A stretch of 51,633 bases of DNA from an uncultured Gammaproteobacteria bacterium. GTDB taxonomy: Bacteria; Cyanobacteriota; Vampirovibrionia; LMEP-6097. The stretch is from contig CAZQXM010000001.1 in NCBI GenBank assembly GCA_964597205.1, positions 1-51,633 on the forward strand, written 5' to 3'. Position 1 is the stretch's first letter; every line of letters starts with the position of its first letter. Shown here piece by piece: positions 1-8,420 of this stretch. Under the pieces are notes generated by a model. It worked only from the letters and a program-made list of their open reading frames with translations, was not told the origin of the DNA and made no database searches. The position numbers and the translations under genes were made by a program.

Positions 1-239
1 ATCAAGAACACGAACTCTACATCAAAAACAATAAATATAATGGCGAAAAGATAGTACTTAATATCAAACTGCACCTGAGCATCCATTTCAGATTTCATGC
101 CGCACTCATAAGTGTCAGCCTTCACTGCGTTCGGGCTATAAATACCAAATATTCGCTGCAAAACAGTGCTTAGGCCTAGAAGAACCAGACCATTAACCAG
201 AGCTAGAGCAGTAATTAAGCCAATTTGACCAATCATCAT
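1..239 (-). CDS. nuoA: NADH-quinone oxidoreductase subunit A (NuoA/NdhC). The N-terminal 79 aa are present and the gene runs off the left edge.
   Basis: Manual translation of the minus strand from the ATG at 239 gives MMIGQIGLITALALVNGLVLLGLSTVLQRIFGIYSPNAVKADTYECGMKSEMDAQVQFDIKYYLFAIIFIVFDVEFVFL. It contains the YECG and F..FDvE..F signature of subunit A. It is absent from the ORF track because there is no stop codon in the window. Confidence 0.8.
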   Translation of the reverse strand, partial: MMIGQIGLITALALVNGLVLLGLSTVLQRIFGIYSPNAVKADTYECGMKSEMDAQVQFDIKYYLFAIIFIVFDVEFVFL

Positions 240-298
240 AACCACTCGATTATACAGTAGGTTTTGGCTTTAGTCCTGTTATTGTGGCATAATACAAA

Positions 299-328
299 TG
301 TCCAGTTTTTTAATTAAAAAACTGGACA
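299..328. promoter_or_regulatory. Perfect 30-bp palindrome (13-bp arms, AATT centre) immediately upstream of the abiEi start. Candidate operator.
   Basis: TGTCCAGTTTTTT-AATT-AAAAAACTGGACA read directly. It ends 4 nt before the ATG at 333 and lies in the nuoA/abiEi divergent spacer. Confidence 0.5.
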
Positions 329-329
329 T

Positions 330-1058
330 TTGATGAAAACAGCTAAACAAATTGAAATATTTATCAGCAAGCTCCCCAAAGGCCAAACTTTTAACTACAG
401 CGACCTAGGGCTGGAGGCGAGTAAAAGGGAATCGGCGATTAAATACCTCAACAGGCTTGCTAGCAAAAATAAAATCAAGAAACTTGCAAAAGGCAAATTT
501 TATCAGCCTATTAATTCCCAATTTGGCACTCTGGCTCCGCCCCAAGATCAAGTAGTAAAGGATTTACTTGAAAAAAACGGCAAAACCATTGGTTACTTAA
601 CTGGCTACAGTGCTTATAACGAATTAGGCCTTAGTAGTCAAATTAGCGCAATTATTCAGATTGGTAAAAATGAAACACGTCCTGCATTCAGCAGAGGCAT
701 ATACAAGATACATCTCATTAAACAGAAAAATAAAATCACCGAGAAAAATATTCCATTACTAAAAATACTTGATGCCATTCGCTTTATCAAAAGCATCCCT
801 GACTCAACAATAGATCAAAGCTGCCTAAGGCTAATAGCAATAATAAAAGGGCTTTCCAACACTGAATTAACTTTAATAGTGAAGCTAGCCATAGTGTATC
901 CTCCTGCTACGCGAGCCTTACTAGGAGCTATAATCGAAAAGGCTAAGAAGAGCATTAACACTGAGATTTTGCTAAAATCACTTAATCCTATTAGCACTTA
1001 CAAGCTATCAATTTCTCGGCGTGTTTTACCAAACGCAGCGAGCTGGAATATTAAATGA
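330..1058 (+). CDS. AbiEi-like antitoxin/transcriptional regulator (type IV TA system). The likely true start is the ATG at 333.
   Basis: 242-aa ORF whose stop overlaps the start of the downstream AbiEii-like gene (ATGA). The N-terminus resembles a winged helix (KQIEIFISKLPKGQTFNYSDL...KYLNRLASKNKIKKLAKGKFY), as in AbiEi/DUF6088-type antitoxins. Confidence 0.6.
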   Translation: MMKTAKQIEIFISKLPKGQTFNYSDLGLEASKRESAIKYLNRLASKNKIKKLAKGKFYQPINSQFGTLAPPQDQVVKDLLEKNGKTIGYLTGYSAYNELGLSSQISAIIQIGKNETRPAFSRGIYKIHLIKQKNKITEKNIPLLKILDAIRFIKSIPDSTIDQSCLRLIAIIKGLSNTELTLIVKLAIVYPPATRALLGAIIEKAKKSINTEILLKSLNPISTYKLSISRRVLPNAASWNIK

Positions 1059-1999
1059 AATTACATCTTGATAAACAATTATTCAACGAAGCTATTCAAG
1101 CCAGCTCTGAGTATCTTTCTATAATTCCACCTTATATTGAAAAAGATTACTGGATAACGCTTGCGCTAAAACAGCTTGCTGCTAGTGAGTTCAGCCCCAA
1201 CATTGTTTTCAAGGGTGGCACATCACTATCTAAGGGATATAAATTAATAAATCGTTTCTCTGAAGATATAGATTTAGCCATTACTAGTGACCCAACCCTC
1301 TCAGGCAATGAGATAAAGACTCTAATTAGGTCTATAGAGAAAACTGCGACGCAAGGTTTAACAGAAACAATAATTGAAGGGGTATCAAGTAAAGGTTCTC
1401 GTTATCGCAAGTCTGTCTATAAATATCCGAGCTCTTACTCTGATTTTTCAAATCAATTAATAACAGAGATTAGCGCCTTCAATGATCATTTACCAAGCGA
1501 AGAGTTACTAATTCAAAGCCTTATCGGGCAGTTCCTAGCCGAGAAAGATATGCTAACTGACATCAAAGAGCATGGTTTAGCAGCCTTCAAGATTAATGTA
1601 CTTGATAAACGCCAAACTCTAATAGAGAAGCTAATCTCGCTAATTCGTTTCTCCTACGATATTAATGCCACTCAAAGTATCGGCTCTAAAATAAGACATT
1701 TCTATGATTTATATTACTTAGTATCAGACCCAGAGTGTGCAACGTTCATACAGAGTGGTGAGTTTATAAATAACTTCAATAGTTTACTCAAAAGTGATAA
1801 AGAGATATTTGATCACCCTGATGGCTGGGGCTCCAAGTCACTAAATGAATCACCTCTACTTAATAATTTTGACTCTTTGTGGGGTCAGCTAAAAAATATT
1901 TATCAAAAAGAGCTTGGGGCATTGGCTTATAAAGATGTACCAAAAGAAGAAGATATAGCTCGAAGCTTTAAACAGTTAATAAGTAAGCTAATGCCTTAA
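1055..1999 (+). CDS. AbiEii/AbiGii-family nucleotidyltransferase toxin (DUF1814)
   Basis: Hallmark N-terminal motif VFKGGTSLSKGYKLINRFSEDIDLAI (GGT..K...R.SxDIDl). Translationally coupled to the upstream antitoxin-like ORF. Confidence 0.8.
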   Translation: MKLHLDKQLFNEAIQASSEYLSIIPPYIEKDYWITLALKQLAASEFSPNIVFKGGTSLSKGYKLINRFSEDIDLAITSDPTLSGNEIKTLIRSIEKTATQGLTETIIEGVSSKGSRYRKSVYKYPSSYSDFSNQLITEISAFNDHLPSEELLIQSLIGQFLAEKDMLTDIKEHGLAAFKINVLDKRQTLIEKLISLIRFSYDINATQSIGSKIRHFYDLYYLVSDPECATFIQSGEFINNFNSLLKSDKEIFDHPDGWGSKSLNESPLLNNFDSLWGQLKNIYQKELGALAYKDVPKEEDIARSFKQLISKLMP

Positions 2000-2863
2000 A
2001 TACAACTCATAACAATTCTCCAGCAGCATCGCCACCGTCATCGGCCCGACACCACCCGGCACAGGGGTGATAGCCTCTGCTCTTGATAAAGCACTTTGAA
2101 ATTCAACATCACCAACCAGAGATCTTTCTTCTGGTTTCTTGTAAACAGCATTAATCCCCACATCTATAACTACCGCACCAGGCTTAAGCCAAGATCCTTG
2201 CACGAATTCTGGTTTACCAATAGCTGCTACTAATATATCTGCTTCACTAACTAACTGAGCTAAATCTTTAGAACGACTATGCGCCATGGTGACAGTAGCG
2301 TTAGCGTGATTGAGCATAATAGCAATCGGTTTACCAACCAGATTACTGCGACCTATCACCAGTGCGCGCTTACCAGAAAGTTCTACGCCAGCATCGCGCA
2401 GTAATTCCATACAACCCTTAGGTGTGCATGGATAGATAGTCTTAGTAGATCCTGTCATCAAGCGTCCCAGATTAATAGTAGTAAGACCATCGACATCTTT
2501 ATCTGGGTGAATATAATCTATGATTTCTTGAGTCTGCGCCGCAAGAGCAGCAGGCAAAGGTAACTGCAATAATATGCCGTCTACTTTAGGATCATTATTG
2601 TATTTTTCTAAGGTTTTAATTAGGTCTTCTTTAGTAGTACTCGCTGGAAGATCAGACTTAAAAGAAGCAATACCAACATCAGTGCAGGATTTTTGTTTAC
2701 TACGCACGTAGTAGTGTGAGGCGGGGTCATCGCCGACTATAATCACCGCTAAACCAGGTGCGCGCTTAGATGATTTAGTAGCTTCAGCGATCTTCTCGCT
2801 AAGCTTGCTTTTAATAGTATTAGCGACGGATTTGCCGTCGATGATTTTGGATGTTATGGGCAC
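1988..2863 (-). CDS. folD: Bifunctional methylenetetrahydrofolate dehydrogenase/cyclohydrolase
   Basis: Full-length FolD-like sequence (IIDGK..A, VIIVGDDPASHYYVRSK, DVDG, GRSNLVGKP, PVPGGVGPMT). Confidence 0.95.
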   Translation of the reverse strand: MPITSKIIDGKSVANTIKSKLSEKIAEATKSSKRAPGLAVIIVGDDPASHYYVRSKQKSCTDVGIASFKSDLPASTTKEDLIKTLEKYNNDPKVDGILLQLPLPAALAAQTQEIIDYIHPDKDVDGLTTINLGRLMTGSTKTIYPCTPKGCMELLRDAGVELSGKRALVIGRSNLVGKPIAIMLNHANATVTMAHSRSKDLAQLVSEADILVAAIGKPEFVQGSWLKPGAVVIDVGINAVYKKPEERSLVGDVEFQSALSRAEAITPVPGGVGPMTVAMLLENCYELYLRH

Positions 2864-2941
2864 AAGGAAATTGTATCAGCTAATTAAAATTATTCGCTAC
2901 TAGTGCTGGATTTCAGCTAGCTTAAATAGAATTAATTTTCC

Positions 2942-2949
2942 GGGGGGGG
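2942..2949. repeat. G8 homopolymer tract in the folD/fibre-gene-1 divergent promoter region
   Basis: CGGGGGGGGC read directly. It lies 58 nt upstream of the ATG at 3008 and about 20 nt upstream of a GATAAT -10-like hexamer (2969..2974). Confidence 0.9.
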
Positions 2950-3007
2950 CAAATAAAAAAATCTGTCGATAATAGTCTAGGCGCTTAAGCACCTGCAGGA
3001 GAATTCG

Positions 3008-5296
3008 ATGAATAAAAAATATCTAGCACTTGGATTAATATTTTTAACAACAACTAATTTTGTTAAAGCTGAAACTGTCGTTGACGCGAGATTAGATGAG
3101 CGTCTTAATAGCACTTATATCGGTAAAAAATATAACCAGAAATCAACAGCCTATCACAATACAGCATTAGGCTTCAACTCCATGCCTAAAAACTATAGAC
3201 TTGAGAGACCGGGCGTTTATGGTAGCGGCAACTCAGCACTTGGGAGCTACGCTCTATCTGAATTAACTACTGGTGAGTACAACACCGGCGTAGGGCTTGC
3301 AGCTCTACAATTCCTAACTACTGGAAGCAACAATACTGCTATCGGCGAAGGTGCTCTGAATAAAGCTTTGGAGAATTCTAACACCGCTCTTGGTTTTGAA
3401 GCTGGAATAGAACTAACAAAAGGTTCGATGAACACCCTATTAGGTTACAGAGCAGGTAAATCTAGTACTATCAATTTCACAGAAGGTAGTAACAATATTT
3501 TAATTGGTAACGAAGTAAGCACATGCACAGCAAAAGCATCTAATGAATTAAATATCGGCAACCTAATCAAAGGTGTTCTAGCTGGAACTAAGTCTGTGAC
3601 TGTAGATGGTAGCTTTGCGGCTAAGTCACTTAGCACAGCTGGTAATATAGCTGGTCAAACGCTGTCAATCACTGGACAAGGTGGGATTAAGAACCTTTCT
3701 AGCGACTCTATTGCCACTGGAACTCTTTTCAGCCGAGGACAGATTTTAACTAAAGGTATAACAAGTAATGGTGGAGCAGCTGTAACAGTAGGTAATCTAT
3801 TTGTTAGCCAAGGTTATGGAGATTTCTTCGGTGGTGTTACAACTAAAGCTACTGTCCAAGCTGATAAAGCGCTATTTCTTAAACAAAGATCATCAACTGA
3901 TACTGTCCCAACCATACCTAGTGGTTACGCCGGTTTATCAATTCATAATACTGGTAAACTTATGTACCATTCACCTATTACTGGTGAAGTTGCTGCTCCA
4001 GTAATGATAACGGAAGTGGCTAGTATTGGTGATTTAGCAGATGCCAAGACGACAAATGTAGGCGGAAGTATATTTGTTGGACAGAATAGTGGTCGTAGTG
4101 CAGGTGCCAGCTACCGCAATACAGCACTTGGTAGCGATACCATGAAAGAATCAGTAGGAACAACTGACAATACCGCAATTGGTCACTCTGCTTTAACGAA
4201 CAATACACAGGGAAATTATAACGTTGCAATTGGGTCTAACTCTTTGTTTAGTCATAGAACGGGTCATAGCAATATCGCAATCGGTCATACTGCATTATAC
4301 TTTCAAGAATCAAGCTATGACAATATCGCTATAGGTTCTGGTGCAATGTCACAGAACTTAATTGGTTCTGAATCTATAGCTATTGGAACCGAAGCTGGCG
4401 CTTCATCAAGAAAAGGTCGAGGTAATATCAACCTGGGATATCGTGCAGGTATTCGTAATGGTACGGTAGAGGATTATAGTACTGGTGATTACAATATTAA
4501 TATTGGCTATGAAGTTTCTTCTCCATCTAAAGATGGTTCAAACCAATTAAATATCGGCAACCTGATCAAAGGTAATATGGCTACAGGATCTAAGTCTGTG
4601 ACTATTGATGGTAATTTAACAACTACAGGTTTACTTAAAATTGCAGGCGGCAACCCAGGTGTCGGCAAAGTACTTACCTCAGACGCAACTGGTAACGCTA
4701 CTTGGCAAGCGGCTCCAACACCAATAATTGCAGACAATACTATTACTTCATCAAAAATACTTGACGGTTCAGTCAGTTCTGCTGATCTTGCAGTAGGTAG
4801 TGTAAAAGCTAGTCACGTAGGCTTAGGCGCCGTGGGTTCACCGCAAATACTTGATGGTTCTGTTAATGGCTCTGATCTTGCTAACAACAGTGTTTACGAC
4901 AATAAAATTGTAAATGTATCTGCAAGTAAAATCACTGGTGTAATTAGCCCAGCTCAAATACCTACAAATCTAAGTGTTCATACTGTGCAAACTCTTGGTG
5001 TTGGATTAACTACACCTCAGCGCCCTCTCCATATCAAAGATGTAATGCGTTTAGAGCCAAGATCAACTACTCCAAATCCAGCCAGTAAGGGTGATATATT
5101 CATGCACTCGACTGGCGCTCTTTGTGTCTATAATGGCAACAATTGGGATCAAATTAATGCTGGCTTAGCAGATTCTCGCTGTACAGATAGCAGCACTGAG
5201 CCAAGCATACTTTGGCAATTACAAGAAGGCTTAAGGCAACAGGCAGATCCTACTGAGCAGAAGAGATCTTTTGAGAATACACTAGGTAGAGGTTAA
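3008..5296 (+). CDS. Secreted fibre/adhesin-like repeat protein, paralog 1 (YadA-head/Hep_Hag-like repeats, no autotransporter anchor)
   Basis: AGGAG RBS. Sec-type signal peptide MNKKYLALGLIFLTTTNFVKA|ETV. Two blocks of degenerate N(T/S)A(L/I)G..AL repeats, each ending in (E/Q)LNIGNLIKG...KSVT(V/I)DG. GKVLTSDATGNATWQ and ITSSKILDGSV..DLA segments. C-terminal LHIKDVMRLEP...GDIFMHSTGALCVYNGNNWDQI motif. Confidence 0.75.
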   Translation: MNKKYLALGLIFLTTTNFVKAETVVDARLDERLNSTYIGKKYNQKSTAYHNTALGFNSMPKNYRLERPGVYGSGNSALGSYALSELTTGEYNTGVGLAALQFLTTGSNNTAIGEGALNKALENSNTALGFEAGIELTKGSMNTLLGYRAGKSSTINFTEGSNNILIGNEVSTCTAKASNELNIGNLIKGVLAGTKSVTVDGSFAAKSLSTAGNIAGQTLSITGQGGIKNLSSDSIATGTLFSRGQILTKGITSNGGAAVTVGNLFVSQGYGDFFGGVTTKATVQADKALFLKQRSSTDTVPTIPSGYAGLSIHNTGKLMYHSPITGEVAAPVMITEVASIGDLADAKTTNVGGSIFVGQNSGRSAGASYRNTALGSDTMKESVGTTDNTAIGHSALTNNTQGNYNVAIGSNSLFSHRTGHSNIAIGHTALYFQESSYDNIAIGSGAMSQNLIGSESIAIGTEAGASSRKGRGNINLGYRAGIRNGTVEDYSTGDYNINIGYEVSSPSKDGSNQLNIGNLIKGNMATGSKSVTIDGNLTTTGLLKIAGGNPGVGKVLTSDATGNATWQAAPTPIIADNTITSSKILDGSVSSADLAVGSVKASHVGLGAVGSPQILDGSVNGSDLANNSVYDNKIVNVSASKITGVISPAQIPTNLSVHTVQTLGVGLTTPQRPLHIKDVMRLEPRSTTPNPASKGDIFMHSTGALCVYNGNNWDQINAGLADSRCTDSSTEPSILWQLQEGLRQQADPTEQKRSFENTLGRG

Positions 5297-5320
5297 TAAC
5301 AAATAGGCTATTCATTAACA

Positions 5321-5353
5321 AAAAGCCCCCGATTTCTCGAGGGCTTTTTGTTT
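5321..5353 (+). terminator. Rho-independent terminator after fibre gene 1
   Basis: AGCCCCCGA-TTTC-TCGAGGGCT hairpin (9-bp stem, 1 mismatch) followed by TTTTTGTTT. An A-run upstream makes it potentially bidirectional. Confidence 0.8.
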
Positions 5354-5354
5354 C

Positions 5355-5540
5355 TAAATGGATTCTAGCAGCGCTAATTCCGTAATACAAACGCCGCAAT
5401 CCCTAGCTACAAAATGAGAGTTAATTAAGTTAAATATCAAAAATAGGCTTTAGGTCTAAACAACTAATGCCGTTAGTTGAATAAGGAAAAGCCCGCTTTA
5501 GGTATAGAGCCTTGGTGCGTCCCATTATTGAGGAAAATTT
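5355..5540 (+). repeat. Conserved leader/junction segment, copy 1 (upstream of fibre gene 2)
   Basis: About 93% identical by eye to 8868..9052. Contains the hairpin CAACTAA-TGCCG-TTAGTTG (5461..5479) and two GCTTTAGGT motifs (5448..5455, 5496..5503). Confidence 0.85.
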
Positions 5541-8408
5541 ATGAACAAGAAAATCATCGTAGCAGTGTTAGCAGCAACTACACTAAGCAACCTAGCTAGC
5601 CAAGCAGAGACAGTAACGCAAGCAAGAATTGCAACTCCTCAATACAGTACCTATATAGGTCAAGGTTATAACACCGCAGGCTACGGTCAACACAACACTG
5701 CCCTTGGTCACAATGCGCTGCCTAAGGCTGGTAGCAGCTATAACACTGCCGTTGGTAGCCATGCCTTAAGTCAATTAACTAGCGGACAGTTCAACACAGC
5801 AACAGGACTTGGCGCGCTGCAAAACTTAACCACAGGTTCTTACAACACTTCAATGGGTCAAGGCTCTATGGTTTCAGCATCAGGCAGTTCTAGTAACACT
5901 GCTATGGGCTGGTCAGCAATGTACAGCAACACAACTGGTAGCAACAACGTAGCTATCGGTAGAGATGCTGCTAACTATCTAACAACAGGTTCTAATAACG
6001 TTGCTATCGGTAGTAGCGTAGCCGGATCGACTCTGACAACAGGAAGTAACAACATCGTTATCGGTGCTAGTGCGACCCTGCCTAACGCAGCTGGTTGTCA
6101 CCAACTGAATATCGGTAATCTTATTCGCGGTATTATGACTGGAACTAAGTCAGTAACGGTAGATGGAACTTTTGCTGCTAATTCACTCAGCTCAGCAGCT
6201 GGAATTGCTGGTCAATCATTATCAGTAACTGGTGCTGGAACTTTCGGTTCAATTATCAGCACAGGGAATATAGTGAGCTTCGGATCAATTGGTACGACAG
6301 GAGCATTAACCGCAGGAACATTAGCCGTAAGCGGAGCTACCACTCTAGGTGCTGGTGCAACTATCACTAGTGGTAATTTACAAGTAAGTGCTGGTAACGT
6401 TTCTGCGCGCATTGGTAATTTCTCTGGTGGAGTGGAAGTTGGAAGCATTGCTAAATTCGATAAGAACATACTACTTAAGGAATTAGCTGACCAATCTAGC
6501 GTTGCACCACCTGCTGGATATGCAAGTCTATATGTTGGACCAACTGGCACTAAAAGACTTATTTATAAAAGCCCTGATAGCACAATACCTGCAGCAGCAG
6601 TGCTGACAGCTGAAGTTGCAAGAATTGATGAGTTATCAGATGTAATAACTACTTATAGCAGCATCCATATTGGTGCAGCTAGCGGACAAAAAGCTAGTCT
6701 CTGTCAAACTTGCAGTGATAATATCTCTCTTGGTACCTTCAACTTAAGATTGTCTAACTCTGGAGATAGTAATACCGCTCTTGGTTCTTATTCTATGAGT
6801 AATTATAACGGCGGACAAATGAATACCGCAGTAGGAGCTCATTCACTTTGGCAACTTACAAGTGGTAGCACTAACACTGTTGTTGGTCGTTCAGCCCTAT
6901 CAAATATGAGAACCGGAAACAAAAATATTGCTCTAGGTGATCATACGGGACAAAATTTAATGCAGGGTAATGGCAATATTATTATAGGTAGTTACATAAA
7001 CATTGATACAGTTGCAGGAGCTGCTTCAAACGTACTGAATATCGGAAACCTCATCAAAGGTAATATGGCAGCTGGATCTAAGTCAGTGACTATAGATGGT
7101 GCTATTAAGATTGGTTCATCAGAGCTAACAACAATTGGTACTAACAACGAGGTTCTTGTTCTTAAGAATACAACTGCTGGTCGTCCGCAGACATTGATAA
7201 ATACACTCACGGGCTCCTTATACTCAGCAAATATACGAACTGACAACCTATATATAACCAGTGGCAGTCCTCAAATGGGTTATGTGCTTACAGCTAAAGG
7301 TGCTAATGGTAGTGCAATGTGGATGCCAGCACCGACTCCAACAATTGCAGATGGTAGTATCACTTCTGCAAAAATATTAGATGGCACGATTACATCCACA
7401 GATATAGCAGATGGTTCTATCGCTGCAACTGATTTAGCTAACGCTAGCGTAAATAGCGCGAAAATCATTGACGGCTCTATCCTTCCTGTGGATATAGCTA
7501 GCGATTCAATAAGCATTAATGCTCTTAGCGATGTAATAGCAGATAAAGCAAAAAATAGCTTGTTTATCGCAACCAATGGTGGTTATTTAAGTACTGGAAT
7601 CTCAAACATTGGTATTGGTATTACAAGCTTAGGCAAAAATACTACGGGTGCAAACAACACAAGCATAGGTGCTTATAGCTTGCGCGACAACACTACTGGC
7701 GGTGCCAACGTAGCTTTAGGTCAAGCGGCTTTATTAAGAAACACCAGCGGAAACAGCAACACGGCACTAGGTTCTAATTCCTTAGAATACAACTCCACTG
7801 GAGCTACAAACGTTGCAATCGGCGTAACAACTATGAGTCTCAATACATCAGGCTCAAACAATACTGCCCTAGGAACTGGTGCCCTATTCGGTAATATTGA
7901 TGGCAATAACAATATTGGAGTTGGTCCAAATGCTGGCGGCAATATTAGTACTGGTAACGGCAATATCGCAATAGGCGCACACACAGCCGTACCTAATCCT
8001 GCAGGGTCAGACCAATTAAACATCGGCAACCTAATTACAGGTGTTATGACAGCTGGTAATAAGTCAGCAACTATCGATGGACTTCTCAATGTAGCCGGCA
8101 TAATGTCTAGTGCTCTAATAAAAGCTACGACATTACAATCTGACAAACTTAGAGTTGGTTTTGGTGGTAGTAGTCCATTTCAGGAAATAATAAATGCTCA
8201 AATTTTTGCAGCCAAGCCAAACACTCAGTTCTTGCTTAAAGGTTCTATGAATCTAGCACCACAAGCAGGTCCACCAACACTTCCAGCTGGTTACGGACAT
8301 GACATGGGCGACATGTATATGGACGACTCTGGTGCGCTTTGTGTATACAGCGGTACAGCTTGGGAAAAAGTAAGCGGACTTACTAATCCTAATGCTAACT
8401 GTAGCTAA
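5541..8408 (+). CDS. Secreted fibre/adhesin-like repeat protein, paralog 2
   Basis: Signal peptide MNKKIIVAVLAATTLSNLASQA|ETV. Three Hep_Hag-like repeat blocks, each ending in LNIGNLI(R/K/T)G...KS(V/A)T(V/I)DG. C-terminal GDMYMDDSGALCVYSGTAWEKV...NC motif. The first ~300 aa are ~80-85% identical to paralog 3. Confidence 0.75.
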   Translation: MNKKIIVAVLAATTLSNLASQAETVTQARIATPQYSTYIGQGYNTAGYGQHNTALGHNALPKAGSSYNTAVGSHALSQLTSGQFNTATGLGALQNLTTGSYNTSMGQGSMVSASGSSSNTAMGWSAMYSNTTGSNNVAIGRDAANYLTTGSNNVAIGSSVAGSTLTTGSNNIVIGASATLPNAAGCHQLNIGNLIRGIMTGTKSVTVDGTFAANSLSSAAGIAGQSLSVTGAGTFGSIISTGNIVSFGSIGTTGALTAGTLAVSGATTLGAGATITSGNLQVSAGNVSARIGNFSGGVEVGSIAKFDKNILLKELADQSSVAPPAGYASLYVGPTGTKRLIYKSPDSTIPAAAVLTAEVARIDELSDVITTYSSIHIGAASGQKASLCQTCSDNISLGTFNLRLSNSGDSNTALGSYSMSNYNGGQMNTAVGAHSLWQLTSGSTNTVVGRSALSNMRTGNKNIALGDHTGQNLMQGNGNIIIGSYINIDTVAGAASNVLNIGNLIKGNMAAGSKSVTIDGAIKIGSSELTTIGTNNEVLVLKNTTAGRPQTLINTLTGSLYSANIRTDNLYITSGSPQMGYVLTAKGANGSAMWMPAPTPTIADGSITSAKILDGTITSTDIADGSIAATDLANASVNSAKIIDGSILPVDIASDSISINALSDVIADKAKNSLFIATNGGYLSTGISNIGIGITSLGKNTTGANNTSIGAYSLRDNTTGGANVALGQAALLRNTSGNSNTALGSNSLEYNSTGATNVAIGVTTMSLNTSGSNNTALGTGALFGNIDGNNNIGVGPNAGGNISTGNGNIAIGAHTAVPNPAGSDQLNIGNLITGVMTAGNKSATIDGLLNVAGIMSSALIKATTLQSDKLRVGFGGSSPFQEIINAQIFAAKPNTQFLLKGSMNLAPQAGPPTLPAGYGHDMGDMYMDDSGALCVYSGTAWEKVSGLTNPNANCS

Positions 8409-8420
8409 AGGACAAAGACA

